A stretch of 63,716 nucleotides of DNA, the filler included, from Phoronis australis (lineage: Eukaryota > Animalia > Phoronida), in NCBI GenBank assembly GCA_002633005.1. It is 3 parts of 3 records of this genome, joined end to end, with 100 filler letters (N's around TTAATTAATTAA, not from the genome) between each part and the next. Parts side by side here need not be neighbours in the genome. Positions count along the whole stretch, not along the records: positions 1 to 29,372 come from NMRA01001295.1; positions 29,473 to 47,899 come from NMRA01000520.1; 1 more part is not named here. One strand, written 5' to 3'. The translations under genes were made by a program, and so were the position numbers. Shown here piece after piece: positions 25,201-35,660 of this stretch; position 1 is the stretch's first letter; each line of letters starts with the position of its first letter. The notes under the pieces were generated by a model. That model made no database searches. It worked only from the letters and a program-made list of their open reading frames with translations, and was not told the DNA's origin.

Positions 25201-26951
25201 GATGTAAGTATGTACCTGAAATACACCAATTATGTAACTCAAATAGGTCAGCTAATTTAAAGAACTACCTTATTACATGTTATTACCACCTAAACCGCAA
25301 TCACACCACTCAACGTCAAACATGGTTCGTCTCAACATGTTGTTATATCAGTAGCTTCTTCAAAACATTTCTAGGGCGGGGAAAACTTCCCTTCACAAGA
25401 TATGAAAATCATCCATAAGTACAAAATGGCTTCAGTTAAAAGGAAGGTTTGTGTGCAAAATCTACTAAGAGACAAAAATGCATCACTGTCAAGCTTTTGT
25501 TGGGAAATGGCAAGAAAAAGACTAGATATTAAGTGCACACTCCCAGCATCTTGTACTGTTACAGTAAATCAATATACTAAAAAGAGGTAAAGGCAACAAC
25601 ATTGTTCATTACTGGCTTTCTGTTTAATATTGAGCACATCTGAGAATTACTTTGTAACACCTTGAATACTAATTGAGGATTTATTTTTACCTGGTGGCTT
25701 TCATCTTTCTTTGTGAAACAAGCCGCCACGTGCCATGAGATCCTTTTTTCCAAACCAGTCGGACTGTGCTTCACGGAAACTGATGGGTATGACCTTCATT
25801 GCAAAATCCATTACAACCAAAACTTGGTGTGGGGTGAGAGATGACATCAGATCCTGTTTTGCTTGTTCCTGGTTTATCCCTCTGACAATATGCTGTGTGT
25901 TCTGGATAACAGCACGTCAATTTTTGTCTAAAGCTAAGTCCAAACTCATGTCGATGTGTAAAATATATAACGGCGCATTTCCATCGGTTTGCCAGTCCAA
26001 CCTCCTATCTCCAGCTCTGGCAAGAATCAGCTGTAATTCCCACATACATGTACTTTCAAACTTCTATGGCACTTTGCACGACCTCAGATGACTTCTGACG
26101 TCTTTAACACAGCTAATGAAGGCCACATTTCCTCCGCGATTACACTTATGTAACAAAAATTAACCAAATGTACAAGAAGGAAATTCCTCCATATTCTTTG
26201 CAGTGACAGAAAGTGCATGTAATCTCGAACCCTGAAGTTCTATTGGTAAAGTTAAACAAAGCATGGAGTGTTTTAGAAAATTAGGGTGTCAAAAGTGAAA
26301 TTTAAATTTTTGAATTTTTGTGATATTGCATTGTTGATCATATATGTTAGGTGATAACTCTAAACTAAAAGAGAAGCCTCAATTCTCTTGTCAGTCAGAG
26401 TAAGACCACATCACAAAAATGCCCAAATTCAAGGGCCACGTTTAGCACTAAATATACAAGAGACAAGTTTTTTTAAAGCAATTACCAAAGTTCAATCTTA
26501 AAAGTGTCTAGACAGAGAATTTCAACTTCAAATATATTCCGATACAGCAGGCAGGTTAAGCAACATCTTGCCACTAGTGACTTGCCTGAAAAGTGGTCTC
26601 GTAGTTTTCTCCCCTGCTGGAAATTTAGTTGTACCTATGAGTTGCAAATTTCATTTTCTTACTAACCTTACATGAGTCTTTATGACCATCAATGTCAAAC
26701 TTTGTCACCAGTTTTCCAAGTCTGATTTTTTGCCGTTCAAAAAATGCAGTTTTACTGACATGAAAAAATGCAAAATATGCCATTATAGCCAAATAGGTCA
26801 TATCTCGGTAACCAAAGGTCATTGAGTGCAAATATTGCAGCAGTGTACTTTGGGTCAGCATCCCAACACATGCACAAAGTATTAGCTCTGTATGATTTTT
26901 TGAGTATATAGCGATTTTTCATTTTCATGTGGTTTTTATATGGAATCATTC
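22239..26951 (-). mobile_element. Decayed Sola3-like DNA transposon (~4.7 kb) inside the channel intron
   Basis: TTAA flanks; TIRs GAGCAATTCCATATAAAAAC / GTTTTTATATGGAATCATTC. Transposase fragments VVMDFAMKVIPISFREAQSDWFGKK.ISWHV, FLRSDNANCY, RYDFSESQKGKDISDRKIA and a C2H2 finger FTCTHYGCSKYF..LNEHLNVGAH. Frameshifts and stops are present. GAG terminus plus TTAA fits Sola3. Confidence 0.7.
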
Positions 26952-27263
26952 TTAATTCCCTTATTGGTTGACATGTATGGGTCACACACTCATTTTCTCT
27001 GTCTCGAACGAGTTTTTCGTGTCGGGAAGATGCTCAAACACAGATGAGTTAAAATCAGTAGAAGCCAGTTTGATCCGCAACGTCGGGAAATCTTTTAGAG
27101 TAAGTTCCAGAATATGTGATTGATAATTTTGCCATCTAGAAATAATATCCCCTATATTGATTTCAGTACTGTTCGTCATCTCCATGTAGCCATTGATTCT
27201 TCAGGATATTCACTTGTGTCGAAGTCCAAGTATAGTTGTTTCATAATGAATCGGATAACTTAC

Positions 27264-27368
27264 CATTCCAATGCGAAGTACTTTGCCATACTTGTCGTTG
27301 CAAATTTGAGACGCTCCGTGGCAGGATGTTGTGTCGCAGAATTCAGACAAATGCTCCTTATTTATCAT
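27264..27368 (-). CDS. DEG/ENaC N-terminal coding exon (MINKEHLSEFCDTTSCHGASQICNDKYGKVLRIGM) with the pre-TM1 HG motif
   Basis: F..TTSCHG is the conserved DEG/ENaC N-terminal motif. Donor ATG|GTAAGT at 27264/27263 is phase 0 and joins in frame to exon B (491 aa) or exon A (494 aa). Upstream acceptor ACTAAT..CCACCTTTGTGCAG| puts the exon start at 27531. Confidence 0.88.
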
Positions 27369-28279
27369 TTCTTTTCGTAATTCAAGAAAAAAGTTTTTAC
27401 AATTGCTTCTGATCTCTTTATCTATATTTGGTCTGTCTGTTCTTGGTGATAAAACTTGGTCCAACAGACGTCGTTGATCAATATGTTACGTTTGAATACA
27501 ATTTGCAGGTGCAGGATATGATGGCATTTAGCTGCACAAAGGTGGGTAATGGATGCTGATTAGTCGATAGCATTGTGAACAATATGCACTCGTCTGACCG
27601 TAAACACTTCAATAAAAATTACCCATCCAATCGTACATTAAGATAATTGCAAGAATCGTAACCATGGTCGTTGTATTGAGAGTATGCATGCTATTGTTTG
27701 CTCACAACCCAGCGATGTTTGAATAACCTACGCTCTCAATGCAGAGACCAAAATGCCAATTAGAAAGGCACTGCCAAAATGGAAATTGACAGTCGAAAAG
27801 AATGGTAATTAAAAATGATAGTTATCTGGGACGTTACGCAAAGTGTTTTTAGATAGCAACAAGGTACACGTAACATCAAGTCACAGTTATACACGTATAC
27901 TATGCAATTTGCAGTCAAAGTGATCTGAACAACTGGTCAAAAGAACCTGTCCGAAAAACTTGCAAGGCATTTTTGGTGCTTAAAAAGCACAAGAAAACCT
28001 TCCCCCTTCGAGCCAGTTACAGGTTGATTGAGATTGCTTGACGCTAAAATATTATCAATTCTCACGTTTGGTTGTGAGTTATGGGTTTTCCATGTGGGCG
28101 ATGTAGAATTTGTGCATAACAACGTTTGCACATTTTTGGCCGTACGAACATCGAACATGGCCGCTGGTAAGGACTGAATTAATGAAATTCCCAGTACAAT
28201 TAAGCTTATATGGTAACCTAAATAATTAAGTATTGGTCAAGAATTGCGAAGCTACCACAAATACTTTCGTCGAAACATG

Positions 28280-29370
28280 TTACGCTTTGTAGTTTGAATT
28301 CGCTGAGAGTGGTAGAAGTACATGTAAACAAGAGTACAGATGGCCTGATGCCTTTTGCGGTACGTCAGGCGTGTTTAGGCCAGAAGGCCGGGCCCATTGC
28401 ACTAATAACCTGATTATGACTAGTGGGGAATCGACGTCACCGATTTCCTCATAAGTAAAATCTTCCAATCTACTTGATTGTTTCAGAAAGACAAAAAGAC
28501 TATTAAACCTGCATGAACTAACAATGTCAAGCAGGCACGTTATGTGTCCATCAAGTAGTAGATTATGGTGTCTATTATAGGTAGGGAAAATCTCCACCAG
28601 ATGTTGAGGAGTCTCGGCCTCCAAGCCACAGTTGGAACACAATGAACATGCCATGTGGCCTGTAATGTTACGGTGCCGAGCTAAGTTGCAGTGTCCAGTA
28701 ATAACCTGAATCAACTGCCTGATGGCAAGCACATCTAAACATAACAGTTTCTTTGAATATTTTTGTTCAATATGACTTGGAAACACAATGTAGTTGTTTG
28801 GTTTGTCAGCAGACGGAGAGCTTCCTCCATGGATCCACTGACAGGTTGCGCACCCAGCGTCTTACCTTTGCTCTGCAGCACCTATAGGCAACTGGTATGC
28901 AATGTTCTGGTATAAAACAAGGTGCACTTCTCCTTCTGCTGCGAGTCCTGAATGCCTGTTGTCAAGTTTCGAGCCATCAGTGTAACAAACAGACTGTTGG
29001 TAATTGTCATCAATGATTTCGTGACCATCTGCAATTTCTGTATAAAAATTGTGTCTGTGATTTAGGGTCGTCATTAAAATAGCTCTCGGCATTGCCAAAA
29101 GTGTTCCAGTTTCTGACATTAACCTGTTGCATACATCAAGATGGTTCTTGTAAGCAACAGTATAAGTTATTCGCACATTACTCCACTGCCAGTTACACTT
29201 CATACGGTAACCTGCAAGCACAGCTTCACCGCTGAGGTTCAATATGCAGGGGTGGCAACAAACCAATAAGCATTTCCATTGCAGCTGTAGGTGACCCCGG
29301 CCAAGCAGAAGTGACACAAAAGCAAGCTAAACGCTGTATGTGTTTAGTTTAGTCCAACCAGTGCTCTCTT
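28280..29370 (-). mobile_element. Decayed non-LTR retrotransposon 3' part (RNase H and CCHC knuckle; I/Loa/Nimb-type)
   Basis: CYTDGSKLD (RNase H first motif) and ITGHCNLARH..G..CSNCGLEAETPQH (C-terminal zinc knuckle). Truncated by an assembly gap. Confidence 0.8.
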
Positions 29371-29744
29371 CANNNNNNNNNNNNNNNNNNNNNNNNNNNN
29401 NNNNNNNNNNNNNNNNTTAATTAATTAANNNNNNNNNNNNNNNNNNNNNNNNNNNNNNNNNNNNNNNNNNNNTACGTCCCGTCGGTGCTCCTTAATTATG
29501 CTCTTGAATATTTGGAAATTGTCTAAACCCCTGTATACACACCACACTTTTTCGTATACGACTTTTCGTACGCTAAAAAAGGTGTGTGTAAGCAGATGTT
29601 CCAACAAACATTTTTGCTGGTGGCGTGACTCATACCCAGATGTGCACAATATGGTTTCACGAAACTTATGTGCAAAGTTCATGTGACGAAATCGAGAAGG
29701 GTTTTTAATTATCTTAAGAAAAACTCCAGAGACATGTTAAGTGC

Positions 29745-29919
29745 CAGAAACTTACCAGGATGCATGGAAATTTCACTATTTGGCTACAAAAACAAAAAAA
29801 AATCTTACACGGGAGGGGAAACCCCCCCTCCCGACCTCTTCCCGTTCGGCGCCACGCGCTTAGTATTCCCTTGGCGGGAATCCTAATCCCCCCTTGCTGA
29901 AAACGTAGATCCGCCACTG
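29745..29919. mobile_element. Partial MITE ending in GATCCGCCACTG
   Basis: Right terminus TAGATCCGCCACTG with a GGGAGGGGAAACCCCCCTCCC hairpin. The left end was not recognised. Confidence 0.5.
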
Positions 29920-31039
29920 AGAAGAGTCAAACACAACGTACATTCAACCCAAACGGCTGCCACAAGTCAATCTGTTCGTCTCTGTATCGAAGTTCTCAGT
30001 AACACATCGAGTAAAATCCCACCCATTTTCTCCGCACTGCAGTTTACACAACTTCTGGCCAATTTTCATATCCCAGACATTCATGAAATGGGAACCTTTG
30101 AATCTTCTCGTGAATGGTGTTGCCACACTACCCTCTCTCCCCATGGACAAGCTCATCATCATTCTTTGACTTCACTGGCTAGTTGTTTTTCTTTCCTTTT
30201 GTTGTCACAATTTTGCAAGAAGATTCCACACTCGCTTTCATCTGCTGCAATAATTTGTTTACCCCTGACTTACACGCCACGTGGAACAACTGCTGGGTGA
30301 GTCTTACGTTTAGAATCCCTTGTTCCAAGTGGTTTTGTCTAAAAGTAGTTGTAGGTATAATAAAACCCTGGTAGCTAGGATATACCTTCATGTCGTGGGT
30401 AATATGTTCGTTGAAGCTGGCCTCACAATAACAGTGAAGTTGTTTCCTGATATGAAAATACATTCATTTGCGAAAATAACACAGTAATGAAGCAAAGTGT
30501 GATTAATTTATTGCACTACACTTATTTTGTAACCTTTTTCTCGTTCTGTAAGTAAAAAATTCATTATTGTTCGACAAACTCCGATGCGTTTCCGATCGCT
30601 TAAACGAAACAAATTTGCGTTCCCGATCGCCCATCTTTGCGTTTTCGATGGCATCCTTCAACAGAAAAGAGTCGAAAAATCAGAGATCCTGACAAAACTA
30701 CAAAAAACAAGCGTTGTGTTATAATTTCACTAGTCATTTCTTCATAACCTCATGGTCAATTTACTGATTTAGTGCCAAAATAACTGCAATTTGCCAAAAT
30801 TACATACAAATCACCCTCGGCTCATGCGATGCTTTGGTCAAAGTAACTTTTCTCCAATAATTGGAAGAGGTACATGACTAAACCTGTCATTTTCTCAATA
30901 TCTTACGCCTTGAATTCATGTCTCAGTTTTCACATTGGAAGTAAAAACAACGAAAATTCATCAAATTTACTCACCTGCCCTGACTGCTTTTCTCGCCAAA
31001 TTTCGTTCTTGATCGCCTTCTCGCGTTTCCGATTTGCTC

Positions 31040-32410
31040 AATTCTGTAGCCCAACAACAAGGTGTGAAGAACACCCCTGTAGCCAATGTCATACGCGACT
31101 GATCAATTCCATTCTGGCATTGATGGTTGGAGGGCCAGCTCTCTTTCGTTCGATAATTGCTCTAATCTCCAATTAGATCTTATCTAGCCTGACTGGGCTG
31201 TGTAGTTAAAAATAAAAGTTAAGTTTTAACATATTTGAGCACAAACCAATAGCATTTCTGATTTTTTTATCAAATCCGGATCATGTTTAATTTTTGAATA
31301 GCCACAATCGCCCAACTGCAACCGAAGTTACGACTATCTGGTTTTTCCGAACGTACCAAGTCGTTCCGGGTTTGATTGTGTTAACACGTGATCTGCAATA
31401 AGCTATCGCACGCTCTCAACCCTTTGCTTCTGGTAAAGTCACTGAACGGGAGAACACCGTCATGGGCCAGCTTTTTTTTGTTCGATAATTGCTCTAACCT
31501 CCAGTAAGATCGTATCTAGCCTGACTGGGCTGTGCTGTTAAACTAAAAGTTAAGTTATAACAAATTTGAACACAAACCAATAGCATTTCTGAATTCCTCG
31601 TCAAATGCTGATTATGTTTGGTTTTTGAATCTTCAACATTGCCTAACTACAAATGAAGTTACGACAACCTATTCTTTCCGAACGTATAATGACAGCGTTT
31701 TTCCGTTCACTGACTTTACCAGACGTAGGGAGTTCTGAGCGTGTGATAACATCTAGCTTCTTTCTTAACTGCCAAGTGCACTCTTTTGTCTGTTACGACA
31801 ACAGGCAGGTCAATTATCTACCAGGCTTACATGTACATATACGTGTGAACACAGCCAAACTCAGAGTGATTTGGTGTATTCGGAAATAATAGGTTGTCGT
31901 AATTTCGGTTGCACTTGGGCGATTTTGGCGATTCAATAACTAAACAGGATCGCCATTTGACGAAGATTTCACAAATGCTATTGGTTTATGTTCAAATATG
32001 TTATAACTTAACTTTTATTTTTAACAGCACAACCCTGTCAGGGTAGATATGATCTTATTGGAGATTAGAGCATATATCGAACAAAAGAGAGCTGGCTCTC
32101 CAACCATCAGTGCCAGAATGGAGTTAATCAGTCGTGTAAGATATTGGCTACAGGGGTAAACTTCCCAACTTGTTGTTGGGCTATAGAATCAAACAAGTTG
32201 GGAGCAACGGGAAAACGCCGTAATGTCAAATCGCTCTGGATTTGACTGTGTTCACACGTGGTCTGTAATAAGCCTGGTAGATAATTGGCCTGCCTGTTGT
32301 CATACCAGACAAACCACTGTTCTTGGCAGTTAACAAAGGAGCTAGATGTTATTACACGCTCACAACCCCCAACAACTGGTAAAGTCACAGAACGAGAAAA
32401 CGCTGTTATG
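31040..32410. repeat. Mosaic of local direct and inverted duplications
   Basis: 31045-31260 is the reverse complement of ~31970-32190. ~31130-31350 is directly repeated at ~31465-31680. ~31690-31870 is the reverse complement of ~32230-32410. Confidence 0.85.
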
Positions 32411-32572
32411 TTTCAGTTGCCAAAACCTTGGACAACATATATATTATGTCACCACTTCCAGTGCGGTAATTTTGTGAAGCAAGTGTCGTTGGGGTTTTCA
32501 TGTGTTCTTCCCTGATTTCATTTGGACGACTTCTACCAAGGGTTGATCACTAAGACCTTGCTGTCTATTTAG

Positions 32573-32848
32573 GTTTACCTGGCTGCTTTGTCGATAAAGA
32601 GTACGCCAAAGACATGATGCCTGCAAGCAAGTATGACGAGGCGGTAAATACCCAGACGGCATGTCTGAAGCACTGCGAAGAGAACACATATTGGTATGCT
32701 TCAGTTCAGAAGTCCACCGAATGCAATTGTGGTAATGAATACGGCAAATACGGCCAGGCACCGGACACCGACTGCAGCATGCCGTGCCTGGGAAATAAGT
32801 CTCAGGTGTGTGGAGGCCTATTGAGGAACTGGGTAATGGTCACAAAAA
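32573..32848 (+). CDS. WSC (carbohydrate-binding) domain exon, symmetric phase 1-1
   Basis: LPGCFVD...TQTACLKHCEENTYWYASVQKSTECNCGNEYGKYGQAPDTDCSMPCLGNKSQVCGGLLRNWV has the eight-Cys WSC pattern. Acceptor CTATTTAG| at 32572, donor A|GTAAGC at 32849; 276 bp. Confidence 0.9.
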
Positions 32849-33117
32849 GTAAGCCTATTCGAATATACATGTGCGTAAGGATTAATTTTGTTGATGCCAC
32901 TGCCGCCGTTGTGTTTCATACAGAAGCCTCAGTTGACAGGGGTGTTCTAAACTAGACTATTTTCCCAAAATACTCGAACATTATATTCACAGGGCTACTT
33001 TCAGAAAGCCGTTATGTCTTTCCTATAGTCATAGTCTATGGCAATGACAATGGTTGGAAGTATACTAGTTTTCCCCGGCTACCTAATTTACGCCCTACAC
33101 CTACCTCCAAGTTTTAA

Positions 33118-34503
33118 AGGAGCATGCCACCCAAAAAACAACCTAATTTGTATCAATTTAGATCCAGTAGTTCTACTCCATAACGACACGTTCGGTTGCA
33201 ATAACCTGACACCTGACGGCAGACGGAGGTGTTGAAATTATCCAATGACGTCATCGGTTTTACACGCAGTCCGTTCAGCAGTTCACAACACGGGTTACTG
33301 GTGTCAGCTTATCGCTTGAAGTCATCGTTTAACACCAATAAATCAATTACTTAGATGTAAAACCCTTGAAAATACACCGAGTTCTTATCAAAACGTGCTG
33401 TTTTATTTTGCTTTTACTGATTTATTGGTATTTGGACACACCGTAGCCTACAAAGTTCGGCAGGCCAATAAGGTCCGTAGCAGGAGTTTTGGGGTCTCTT
33501 CGGAGATAATTTCGAATTATTGTCCGTGAGATACAGATCGGAGAACCTTGATCTGTGATGTTTAGACTTGTGATTTTTTGAGTTCTAAACACAAAACGCT
33601 TGTTATACATGTATCCTGGCCAGTGGCTCGGAGCCCAATCAGGCCCGTCACGGCCGGCCTGATTGACTCCGCCGTTATCCCGGCCAGGGGCTCGGAAACT
33701 GATCAGACATCACGAACATGAATCAACCAATGTTCAGAGGAAACTAAACTTCCAGTCAAGAAAATACTATACTAGTGAGCCATAGTAATGTGCACTTGAT
33801 TATGTTGGTGAAATAGCCACGAAACTGCAAATCTCTACTCGTCGGGGGCCGCGAATTCAGGTTCCGCTTTGGCCACAGCCACGTCAGGGCAGAAGTTGTA
33901 CATCGACAATCACTATTTGAGTAATGTAAATGTAAAAACAGATTCCCCAAACACCTGGCCGTGGGATGGACATCGAGTTGTTCACAACAGTTTCTGCCAG
34001 CAAACACTAAATTAGCATGAGCTCACATTTCCTCGGTGTCCCGTCAATTAGTTTTATTGCACCTAAAGCCGGTAACGCAGTGATTTATTCATTGCTGGCT
34101 TCTCAAATCATTTGCACTCACGAGCACTCCAAAGGGATTACAAATTGCATCTAATGTGACAGACTTTGTTTCAGTTTTATATAAGTATTGGTTTGGGTGA
34201 GAATAATTCATTTTGAAACACAACGCTCAGTAATAAACGCCAACATGGCAAATCGCAATCCCGACTTAGAACGAGCTAGAGCTCATCGGTCCCGACTTCG
34301 CAGATGGATCGTTAAGTTTTAAAGGCTATCAATTAGAACAGGAATACAGTGATGAAGAAATACTAGAGAGGCGCCGTGAACAAACTCAGACAACGGAACG
34401 TATGGAGTTATTTGGTAAGCCGGCATTCGTCAGGCACTGTCTACGTCTGCAGGCCACAGACACGGAGATGTTTCACGGCCTCATACTTGCTATTTACAGC
34501 GTA
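33118..34503 (-). mobile_element. Kolobok-like family 1 copy D (right end lost at an assembly N)
   Basis: TTAA|AGGAGCATGCCACCC left terminus; colinear with copies A-C; stops at the single N at 34504. Confidence 0.8.
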
Positions 34504-34732
34504 NTATAAATTTTTTTATTACTAAATATTAACTGTAGGTTGAAGAAACCGCTGGCTTACATGTATGTCGCATCCTGATTATGATCCTCTTATATTTTTG
34601 GACAACACACGTTCTTGTGTTGGCTCTCGGTTACACAGATATACATGAACAACCCTCTTGAAGATTACACGTTTTTAATGGGTGACAATATGTGCCCTTA
34701 TAATACATTTGTGTGGGGGGGGTGGGTGGGTG

Positions 34733-34742
34733 GGTGTGTGTG

Positions 34743-34793
<51 letters not shown>
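34733..34793. repeat. (GT)n microsatellite, imperfect
   Basis: GT run with two TT interruptions. Confidence 0.97.
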
Positions 34794-35397
34794 ATCGCTC
34801 GACACGTATTTTCGCCCTCTAGGGTGTGGCGAAATGTTTCGTGTGCGACATCGTATACATTGAACACCGAAACATACTGTCTCCGGGCAGACAATATGCG
34901 TCTATGTAGGCGAGGCATGTAGGCCTACATGTAATATAATGCGGTTTCTATCTGCTGTCACGCTTATAACGTAGAGCTTTATGGAAAGAGGTATTCACAA
35001 GCAAAAATTAAAACCTAACTGATTCATGAGCGATTAAGTAAATTCCTTATGGGATCACGTTTCGAGGTGCATCCTTGGTGTAATGACAGTTTTGTGAAAT
35101 AGAGCACGCAAAATTGTTTTACAAAAAACGTCACAGTGTAGCCTACTTCACAGAAATTTGATACGCAAGTAGCTGTCCACGCTTTTTTCATTTGAAACTA
35201 ACTCAAAAGCATCCTTGTATGCAAATGAAGTCGCTGTGATTTCATACAAGTCAAATATTCTTTCACCTCAGTGTGCTCGAGCTGCATATTGTTTATATGT
35301 GCATACACTTAAGCGAATCTCTGCTGGTTTATTTCAACGTGTAGGCGCACTTCACTGACTTATGGATCACGCTAATCAACAAATTCTCTCGTTCCAG

Positions 35398-35660
35398 TGG
35401 CACCATTTTGTGTACGATACCAAGACGAAATAGACAGAAAGTTAACAGAAATTGAAGGGGCACAACTGCATCAGTTTAGAAAACTGCAGTGGTTTGATCC
35501 CGTCGCTTCTGTGCCTCCAAAACTTCTCATTGTTCGTCGGGTCGCATTCAGGAAACACATTCTATGCCTTGCCTTGTGTACGGAGGTTAAATGTTGTGTT
35601 TACGTCATTTATTTGCCTGATGGAAGATGCTTTTTACTCAGGAATGGCGACAGCGATTAA
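35398..35660 (+). CDS. Candidate exon downstream of the WSC exon (unknown product)
   Basis: Branch-like GCTAAT, pyrimidine tract and TTCCAG| acceptor. A phase-1 join to the WSC exon stays open for 87 codons. No recognisable domain. Confidence 0.25.

Noticed and set aside
29373-29472. TTAATTAATTAA palindrome embedded in N runs (also at 47944-47955)
   Set aside because: This is an artificial six-frame-stop scaffold spacer, not biological sequence.
34615-34922. Cys/Val- and His/Thr-rich ORFs (also 11850-12137)
   Set aside because: They are translations of GT/CA microsatellites.
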